Of a stretch of DNA of 64,000 nt, positions 57,016 through 64,000 are shown piece by piece. Made by a program: the position numbers and the translations under genes. This DNA comes from a virus (Duplodnaviria > Heunggongvirae > Uroviricota > Caudoviricetes). Each line of letters starts with the position of its first letter. Position 1 is the first letter of the stretch. The stretch lies in IMG/VR virus record IMGVR_UViG_3300024341_000001; one strand, written 5' to 3'. Under the pieces are notes generated by a model. That model made no database searches. It worked only from the letters and a program-made list of their open reading frames with translations, and was not told the DNA's origin.

Positions 57016-58659
57016 ATGGCATATAATCCGCCTCAAGTAGAGGTAAATCAAATTCAAAAGACAGTTTCTCCAACACTAATTCAGCCAGATTTAGTACCGG
57101 CTGTTATTGGCCCAGCGTACCATGTAGAAGCATTAGATTCAACCAAAGACAGTGATTATGCTGTATTTGATGGCTCACAGACAACTTATACATTGCATGG
57201 TTTTGAAGCAGGAATGGCTTTAGATTCGACGTCAGTCTATGTTGATCTAGTTATGAAAGCTACTGGTACAGTGACCAATCCAGTGGGATCTCGTCTTATT
57301 ATAGCAAGTGGACTGACGATAGATGCGAATGCCGGCACAGTGACCGTTCCGGCTAATGCTGATTGGAATGGCGCCTCTGTGTTTATCGGTTATCGCGCAT
57401 TACGTTCAGATCTGATGTCGGTAGAATTATATGAATCTTTACAAGCCGTTGTAGATGAAATGACAGATGTATCGGCGCTGAATCCGTTGGGATTTGCGTT
57501 GGTCGAGACTTTGAATAACGGTAACGCAGCTACATATGCATACGGAACTGTTGTTGACGATTTTGCATCTATTACTTGTAATGTGTCAGGTATTGCAACT
57601 GCCTCAGCAAGTCACACGTTGGCTATGACAGATTTAGAAGCAAAAGAAGTGTACGCGTTAGCGCCATTAACTTATGATACAGCAATTATTGCAAATTATA
57701 AAACACATGTAAACGCTATGTCGTTATCGACAGCTAAGAAAGAGCGAATAGTGTTTGGTGGGCCTAAGATTCCTTGGGGTGCATCAAAAGCAGCTACTGC
57801 GACCGCTTATTCTGCAATGTCGGCCGGCGTAGGCGCAAAACGCGTTATTTACGTTTTCCCTGATGTAGCATTTATAAGAGAACTAAGACATATCTCAACA
57901 TTGAGACCCCAGTATATTAGTGATTTATATACGAGCGGTTATAGTGTAACTGTAAATGCATACATCGATCAATTAGTAACATTTAGTGCCACCAATTCAC
58001 AAACAGCTTACCGAAATTACACAGTTCGTCCAGTTGCTGGACTTGGTGTAGAAATAACTGAAGCACTATGGTTGGCATTAAGAGCGCATGCTATGGAAAC
58101 TGGTGATGTGTTCTTTTATGCTTATGTACCAGTACCTATTTCAGTAATAGGTGTGCCAGCAGTAGCAGGCATGATTGCGGGAAATACACCACAACAACCA
58201 ATGACGAACCTTTCGTTAGCAAACATTAATTCACTAAAATATAGTTCCGATTATTTCACTGAAGCACAATTAAATACAATCGCACAAGGCGGAACTTATA
58301 TTTTGAAGCAATCAAAACTCACGTCTCCTATCGTATGTCGTCATCAGTTATCGACCGACATGAGTTCGATAGAAAAACGTGAAGTAAGTATTACAAAAAC
58401 TGTAGATTATACAGCGAAATTTGTACGTAGTGCCGTAGAGCCATTTATTGGTAGATATGTAATTAATCGTGCTACATTAGATATGATTACAATCGCGATA
58501 AAGGGCGCCGGTAGCTTGTTAATACGTGATGGAATTTTGAATGATTTTGTTGTAGCATCTGTTGCACAGGATACTGTAAGCAGGGATACTGTGTTGGTAA
58601 GTATAACAATATTACCACCATATCCAGTAAATTATATTAAGATCGATTTGATATTCTAA
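57016..58659 (+). CDS. large structural protein (tail/fibre candidate)
   Basis: 547 aa, beta-rich. Confidence 0.35.
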   Translation: MAYNPPQVEVNQIQKTVSPTLIQPDLVPAVIGPAYHVEALDSTKDSDYAVFDGSQTTYTLHGFEAGMALDSTSVYVDLVMKATGTVTNPVGSRLIIASGLTIDANAGTVTVPANADWNGASVFIGYRALRSDLMSVELYESLQAVVDEMTDVSALNPLGFALVETLNNGNAATYAYGTVVDDFASITCNVSGIATASASHTLAMTDLEAKEVYALAPLTYDTAIIANYKTHVNAMSLSTAKKERIVFGGPKIPWGASKAATATAYSAMSAGVGAKRVIYVFPDVAFIRELRHISTLRPQYISDLYTSGYSVTVNAYIDQLVTFSATNSQTAYRNYTVRPVAGLGVEITEALWLALRAHAMETGDVFFYAYVPVPISVIGVPAVAGMIAGNTPQQPMTNLSLANINSLKYSSDYFTEAQLNTIAQGGTYILKQSKLTSPIVCRHQLSTDMSSIEKREVSITKTVDYTAKFVRSAVEPFIGRYVINRATLDMITIAIKGAGSLLIRDGILNDFVVASVAQDTVSRDTVLVSITILPPYPVNYIKIDLIF

Positions 58660-58673
58660 GGAGATAAATTATC

Positions 58674-59345
58674 ATGGCAGTAGAAACAACGTCAACCGTT
58701 GCACAATGGGAGTTTAAAACGAAGCATGCACAACAGCAGGATATTTTATTACCTGATGGAAAACTCAATAATTTTATTTCTGCAGAATCTATAGTACTTG
58801 CCGCAGGTCCGGCAGTCTTTAGTGGGAACGTAACCGACTTAGTTCCAATCGGGCTTACTGACTCAGCGTCTATACAGCAGAATAAAAATATTATTCAATT
58901 ATTTGAATTAGGGTCACGTGTACCTTACTTGTTACCAGGTCGAACCTATGCACAAATACAATTGAATAGAGTAGTATTCAATGGAAATTCGTTGTTGGGA
59001 GCTATAACTGATAAATCAACTGCAGTTACTCCAACAACTAGAGACGATGCACCTGGATTTGAACAAGCATATAATGCATCGGATCCATCAGTTGAAACAG
59101 GCGGTAAATTCTATATGAACTTAGCATCATCATTCTTTAATACACCTTTTGGATTGGCCATTTTGTATCAAAGCAGCGACACTGTTACACAAATTGCTGA
59201 AGGTGCCGGTCCATGGGTCGCAGCTTTTTATGCAGAGAATTGCATGATTCAAAGTCATCAAATGACAATACAAGGACAACAATATATTGTTATGGAAAGT
59301 GCATTAGTACGCTGTACAAAAATTATACCTATAGAATTACCTTAA
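58674..59345 (+). CDS. structural protein
   Basis: AAGGAG SD; 223 aa; last gene before the terminator. Confidence 0.35.
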   Translation: MAVETTSTVAQWEFKTKHAQQQDILLPDGKLNNFISAESIVLAAGPAVFSGNVTDLVPIGLTDSASIQQNKNIIQLFELGSRVPYLLPGRTYAQIQLNRVVFNGNSLLGAITDKSTAVTPTTRDDAPGFEQAYNASDPSVETGGKFYMNLASSFFNTPFGLAILYQSSDTVTQIAEGAGPWVAAFYAENCMIQSHQMTIQGQQYIVMESALVRCTKIIPIELP

Positions 59346-59350
59346 TTAGG

Positions 59351-59392
59351 TAAAAAAAATAAACCCCGATAGTTATCTACCGGGGTTTATTG
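59351..59392. terminator. bidirectional rho-independent terminator
   Basis: A8-AAACCCCG...CGGGGTTT-ATTGTTTAT between convergent operons. Confidence 0.7.
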
Positions 59393-59393
59393 T

Positions 59394-59771
59394 TTATACT
59401 TTAGGTCTTTTACTATGTCCGATGTCATCAAGTTCTACAGGCAGTTCTCCATTGTTGATACGTTCCAATGTATGTAAATATGCGAACATATTCCAACTTA
59501 CTGCACTAACATGATCCTCGTCAGTTTGTCCCTCCATGACACATATTAAGTGTCTGAAAGCACTATCTAGATAACGGCCTAATGGCTGACCTTTTTCCCA
59601 GTTACGATCACCATATTTTACAGCACCGTTTTCGTAATGTCTTGCTAATCTACGCAGAGGTATTGTGGGTATTAGATCAAAACGTCCTTTACCTTCACGA
59701 GTATCTCTCCGTGAGCCAGTGACAAACTCTTCCCGTACTCCGTTGTCTTTTACTGAATTAAATTCTTGCAT
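59394..59771 (-). CDS. hypothetical protein
   Basis: 125 aa. Confidence 0.3.
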   Translation of the reverse strand: MQEFNSVKDNGVREEFVTGSRRDTREGKGRFDLIPTIPLRRLARHYENGAVKYGDRNWEKGQPLGRYLDSAFRHLICVMEGQTDEDHVSAVSWNMFAYLHTLERINNGELPVELDDIGHSKRPKV

Positions 59772-60064
59772 TAATTTTTATAGAAAAATTTTGATATATT
59801 TTCGATGTCTTTTGCTATATAAGCCAGACTGGTACTTGAATACCGATCGTTCAACTTATTCAGCTCCGCTGGTATAGAACTTAATGCACCAGTCAATACG
59901 CGAAAGCTATCTGTTAAGTCACATAATGCCATTCCTTGCGCATATTTTGTTGCTATATTGTAACGCTCATATTCTGTTAATTTAGTACCTTCTGTCAGTT
60001 CTAATCCCTTCATGAAATAATATTGAAATCCATTCATTATTTCTTCCAATAGGGGGCTATGCAT
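59771..60064 (-). CDS. hypothetical protein
   Basis: 97 aa. Confidence 0.3.
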   Translation of the reverse strand: MHSPLLEEIMNGFQYYFMKGLELTEGTKLTEYERYNIATKYAQGMALCDLTDSFRVLTGALSSIPAELNKLNDRYSSTSLAYIAKDIENISKFFYKN

Positions 60065-60834
60065 GATTCAACTTTTATTTTTACGTTTTTTACGTAAAGC
60101 TCACCTGCTTCTAACATGCATTTTCGAAGCATAGCTTCGGCTTCTTCAGCCTGAGATTTTTTCACGTTTAGTATAATCTCATCATGAATTGTGCAAATAA
60201 TCTTTGCAGTTGATTTACTTTTTTTTATTTCTTCGCGTATGTGTGTAAGAGCAATTTTTGTTATACTAGCATTTCCCGACTGCATCGGAAAATTCATTGT
60301 CATATTACGCACGCGAGCGCGCTCTTTATTGGAATCGAAATCGAATCCTTCTAGCCAGCGCAATCTATTATCATATGGCGAACGCACACATCTATTAGTT
60401 ATGCACTTCGCAACATATGCGTCAAAGAAGTTTTTGACGTTTGGGAAACTAGCCCAATAACTATTAATTATTTGTCGGGCCTCCGCAAAAGGTATTTTTG
60501 CTTCTCTCGCGAGTTTTTGTGCCCCCATTCCATATGAAATTCCGAAATTAAGCGATTTTACAATTTTGCGTAATTCAAGATTTTCACCTGGGTCGTCGGG
60601 CCCATTAGTACCTTTTAGTCGTATAGGTTTTCCCATAACTACGGAACCAATTTCGCAGTGCATATCTAAATTCTTTTCAAAAATTTCCATCCATTTAGGT
60701 TCTTTTGAAAGGTCTGCGAGAATTCGCAATTCCATATTTGAGTAGTCAGCATCTACTAACAAATCTTCGTCCGTGTGAGCAACAAATGCTTCACGGTATA
60801 GCGATGTATCTTTTACAGGTATATTTTGTAAGTT
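60037..60834 (-). CDS. polA: family-A DNA polymerase, exon 2 (palm/fingers: motifs A, B, C)
   Basis: NLQNIPV...DYSNMELRILA (motif A), RKIVKSLNFGISYGMG (motif B), CTIHDEII (motif C); the ORF-track ATG 60837..60835 is the last 3 nt of the intron. Confidence 0.85.
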   Translation of the reverse strand, partial: NLQNIPVKDTSLYREAFVAHTDEDLLVDADYSNMELRILADLSKEPKWMEIFEKNLDMHCEIGSVVMGKPIRLKGTNGPDDPGENLELRKIVKSLNFGISYGMGAQKLAREAKIPFAEARQIINSYWASFPNVKNFFDAYVAKCITNRCVRSPYDNRLRWLEGFDFDSNKERARVRNMTMNFPMQSGNASITKIALTHIREEIKKSKSTAKIICTIHDEIILNVKKSQAEEAEAMLRKCMLEAGELYVKNVKIKVESCIAPYWKK

Positions 60835-61107
60835 CATTTTGTTCGAGGTAATGCGTTAAATTACCTCCGGAATATTTTCCAGCTATATATTACTATATAG
60901 ATCAGACTATTTCATCACAAATGTGAGGTGTATTTCGCGATACTTATCGCTACGTCTTTCGACTAGTCGTTACACGTTTCTTAAGTCGGTGTTTAGATTT
61001 CCACAAAGATAAAACAATCTTCTTAAGTTTAGCTCGAGATTGGCTCTTTGAGCGTTTCCTCGAATTAGCACCTTTTTGTTTAATTTTCATTAAACCCCCA
61101 ATATTTT
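60835..61107 (-). mobile_element. group I self-splicing intron (no ORF) splitting polA
   Basis: Splits the invariant TGRxSSxxPNLQNIP motif. Exon 1 ends ...AAAAACCCU. The intron has an IGS GGGGGUUU giving a 7-bp P1 with U.G at the splice site. P7-like GACUA...UAGUC pair about 55 nt apart. GNRA-capped hairpin CTATATAgtaaTATATAG. The last intron nucleotide is G. Confidence 0.75.
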
Positions 61108-62106
61108 AGGGTTTTTACTGCTATACCTGCCGGTATCAGTTTCGGCTTGATTAAATTCAGTATGTATTAATCCAGTTAGTTCGTGTATATTTTTTAAAAA
61201 CGCTTCACCATAAGTAGTTACACGTTTTTCCATTCCACGATAATATAACAACGCATCGATAATGGGATGACTAATTTCTTTCAATTCCCCTTCACGAGTC
61301 GTTGTGATATTTTTGTCGACAGCCGTTTGTAGCACGTTAAGTAACTGTTTTGGGCTGTTATAATTAATAATAGGTCTTCCAAAAATGTCATTTTCGATAT
61401 ACGGTATCAGCATTTTATCTAACTTATCTAAGGCAACAGTTCTTTCACGTTTTGCCACAGCTTCAGCTGCTAGCCATTTGGTACGGTCTATTTTCATACC
61501 ATTTAATTCCATATCACCAGTAGCCATAATAACACCCATCTCAGTATTTATAACCTGTTGCAAATTATCTCTAATTATAAGTTTTTGTTGGGCGTCCATT
61601 ATTGCTGCCAAATGCTTTATATCACCTGCCGCATATTCAACTTGTGGGGTACTTATTGCATCCCCGTAAGACATATTTTGAAACGTCTGGCGTACTGTTT
61701 TATTTAACAAAACACCGGTATATTTTTCACTTACTACATCTAATCCGAACCCGGACATTTTTCGCCCTTTTTGTAACAATTGTTCGGCTAACATAGTATC
61801 AAATATATTTTCTGTTTCTATACCCAGGTCTCTTTTTAGGAATTTATAATCAAATTTTGCGTTATGCATTATTTTCGTTATGCTTTGACTCTCAAAGAAG
61901 GGGCGTAATAACTGGATGCTATCATGTAAACGTGCGACATCAAAGACATATTGTTGATACATATTTCCCATTTGTATTAACAATATTTTATCACGTATGG
62001 CATCAATGCCTGTAGTCTCTGTATCTACGTTTATTACTTTCAAAGTCTTTAGAAAAGTTAATGCCTCATCGAATTCTTTCCCTGTGGTTTTTATAAAATG
62101 TACCAT
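61108..62106 (-). CDS. polA: family-A DNA polymerase, exon 1 (3'-5' exonuclease + N-terminal polymerase region)
   Basis: VDTETTG (Exo I), YAAGDI (Exo III), ...QAETDTGRYSSKNP ends at the splice point; the intron-encoded tail KILGV* follows in the raw ORF. Confidence 0.85.
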
Positions 62107-62907
62107 TTAATCTTTCAGATTCTCGAGTTTTCGTCTACGGTTTAATCTACGTAGATCTTTTATAGCTTTGTTTCTTAATTGTCTTATACGTTCTCTGGTA
62201 AGACCTAGTTTTTCACCTATTTCTTCCAGTGTATAAGTTCGTTGTGCATCGAAACCATAATACATTTTTAATATAGTACGTTCTCGTGTAGGAATCAATG
62301 CCAACACATGACGTATTTCTTGTTTCAATGCATCTTTTAATAAAGCCGCATCAGGAGATTCGCCGTCTGGATTAGGTAGCAAATCAATAAGCATAGTACC
62401 CTCATCTATGATGGTATGGTAACTTACACTTGATTGACGCACAAGATCTTCGGCTTCCAATCCCAACTCTGCCAATACTTCACCCGAAGACACCTCTCTA
62501 TTCAACTCCTGTTCCATCTGCATTATCGCTTTATTGTATTGTTGTAATATACCAATTCGATTGGCTGGCAACCGAATTTGTCTATTGTGTTCAGCTAAAG
62601 CAAATAATATAGATTGTCTGATCCACCATGCGGCATAAGTCAGGAATTTAGTACCTTGATCTGGATCGAAGCGATCAATAGCTTTTAAAATACCTAAATT
62701 TCCTTCGGCAATTAGATCTTCTAACGGTATTCCTTGTCCTACATATTGACGAGCCACTGAAATGACGAATTTCAGATTGGACGCAACGAGATGATGCTGC
62801 GCTTTTTTATCTCCCTGTTGTGCACTCAGCACCATCTCTGTTTGTTTATCTGCGTCTAATACCCCATATTTTGAAACATCTTTAAAATAGGTATTTAATG
62901 CGTTCAT
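62107..62907 (-). CDS. sigma-70 family (RpoD/RpoS-like) sigma factor
   Basis: Region 2 LVASNLKFVISVARQY...DLIAEGNLGILKAIDRFD...TYAAWWIRQSI. Region 3 IRLPANRIGIL. Region 4.2 YTLEEIGEKLGLTRERIRQLRNKAIKDLRR. Confidence 0.85.
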   Translation of the reverse strand: MNALNTYFKDVSKYGVLDADKQTEMVLSAQQGDKKAQHHLVASNLKFVISVARQYVGQGIPLEDLIAEGNLGILKAIDRFDPDQGTKFLTYAAWWIRQSILFALAEHNRQIRLPANRIGILQQYNKAIMQMEQELNREVSSGEVLAELGLEAEDLVRQSSVSYHTIIDEGTMLIDLLPNPDGESPDAALLKDALKQEIRHVLALIPTRERTILKMYYGFDAQRTYTLEEIGEKLGLTRERIRQLRNKAIKDLRRLNRRRKLENLKD

Positions 62908-62909
62908 AT

Positions 62910-63557
62910 TTAATATTTGTTATTGTACAACCACGCTCCTATGACCTTTGGAGCAAAATTATATGTTTCTCGGTTTGTAAATTCTATATGCCAAAAATTC
63001 TTAGTTTGAAATATTTTGGCATGTGTTGCAACACCGGTTTCGCCTCCATTATAAGCGAATAGTACCGCCGCAACATCTCCACTATATAGGGAATCCAAAA
63101 AAATCAGATATTTTATAGCGCATTGTGTAGCTTTTGCTGGCTCATACATATCATTTGGTTTATACCCATATCGTTTTGCAGTGTTAGGCATTATTTGCCA
63201 TAATCCCATGGCGCCACGATGCGAAATGGCAGAGGGTTTCCACAGACTTTCTACATCAGGTATTTCTGCGTAGATTTCTGCACGTTCCCTAGGAATCTTA
63301 CTATTAGCGAGCATATTAGTTATAGCCGTAAAATAAAATTCCCTGCTCTTTCTAGTTTCCAAGGATCTGGTCTGTACAACTTCATAATAATGTTTCCATT
63401 GTTGTACCCGTGTATTTTTTGAATACATATCTATAAACGTATTCTTTTGTACACCTTTTATATCTGTTGTTGTATTCGATGTTGATACAAATATCACTAA
63501 TGCTGTTACCAAAATACATGCACAGATAATTAAAATTATTTTAAGTCTAGTTGCCAT
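62910..63557 (-). CDS. membrane-anchored lytic transglycosylase (SLT domain)
   Basis: N-terminal TM; ESLWKPSAISHRGAMGLWQIMPNTA SLT motif. Confidence 0.7.
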   Translation of the reverse strand: MATRLKIILIICACILVTALVIFVSTSNTTTDIKGVQKNTFIDMYSKNTRVQQWKHYYEVVQTRSLETRKSREFYFTAITNMLANSKIPRERAEIYAEIPDVESLWKPSAISHRGAMGLWQIMPNTAKRYGYKPNDMYEPAKATQCAIKYLIFLDSLYSGDVAAVLFAYNGGETGVATHAKIFQTKNFWHIEFTNRETYNFAPKVIGAWLYNNKY

Positions 63558-63708
63558 TTTCTCCTCTTATATATAAACTTTATATAATATGACTTGGCGA
63601 ACTAAATTAGTCCGCCAAGCGTTATAACCTAATAGGTGTGAAAATTTTTTTTGTTGGCGGCAACCCAACAAATATATTCAACTTGTTCCAATTATATAAA
63701 GGATTTCC

Positions 63709-63999
63709 TTAAAATCGTCTCACAAAGGAAGCGGTATTTTGCTCTCCGCGGACCACATTAAGGAGGTATTGAGCCCCGATATTAGCAACTATACGATTAC
63801 CCAGTTGTACAATACCGGCTGATAGTTCGAAAGCTAATTGACAGCTTCCCGAACCCGAATCTTCTGCCGAACCTAAGGTGTTTTTAAGTTCAGCTAAAGT
63901 ATTTTTCGGATTTTTTGCGAAGACTGCTATTGATTTTCCTTCTGATCTTAGATCTATCCATTGCTTATCAGTATGCTCATCCATGTATTCAAATAACAT
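63709..63999 (-). CDS. hypothetical protein (may extend beyond window)
   Basis: 96-aa ORF starting 1 nt from the window edge. Confidence 0.25.
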   Translation of the reverse strand: MLFEYMDEHTDKQWIDLRSEGKSIAVFAKNPKNTLAELKNTLGSAEDSGSGSCQLAFELSAGIVQLGNRIVANIGAQYLLNVVRGEQNTASFVRRF

Positions 64000-64000
64000 C

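Noticed and set aside
63558-63708. TATATAAGA immediately before the SD of the SLT gene as a fourteenth motif copy
   Set aside because: It is on the opposite strand relative to the others and lacks the GG of GGTATAAGA, and it is placed with no room for a transcript start. It is probably AT-rich coincidence.

Overview
This window is an AT-rich 64-kb segment of a tailed dsDNA bacteriophage genome. I found no rRNA, tRNA or CRISPR arrays, and the genes use Shine-Dalgarno sites. Layout: 0.3-8.3 kb holds leftward small accessory genes (HNH endonuclease, SLT lytic transglycosylase, SPFH protein, Zn-ribbon proteins). 8.4-15.3 kb is a rightward module of glycine-zipper/membrane proteins and large unknown proteins. 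15.3-24.5 kb holds mostly leftward small genes (Cys-rich paralog pair, thioredoxin-like protein, lipoprotein, HAD hydrolase) plus a second HNH endonuclease. 24.5-59.3 kb is one long rightward late operon. It starts with unknown genes, a small-terminase candidate and a large terminase interrupted by a LAGLIDADG intein. Portal, scaffold and major-capsid candidates follow. Next comes a ~12-kb nucleotide-sugar tailoring island: 3 glycosyltransferases, a B12-radical SAM enzyme, two two-subunit TPP enzymes including a split transketolase, a methyltransferase, an SDR, an RmlC-like epimerase and three NDP-sugar epimerase/dehydratase/reductase-type enzymes. The operon ends with a LigD-like phosphoesterase-ligase and further virion proteins. 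59.4-64 kb is a leftward operon containing an SLT protein, an RpoD-like sigma factor and a family-A DNA polymerase whose gene is split by a 273-nt group I intron. Further notable points: 13 copies of an intergenic motif TCTTATACC, all on the plus strand; in-frame TAA codons inside two conserved-domain genes (the terminase intein and an epimerase); and sigma70-type promoters with the -10 hexamer exactly 5 nt before the ATG (leaderless early genes). All coordinates not taken from the ORF track were hand-counted and may be off by 1-2 nt.
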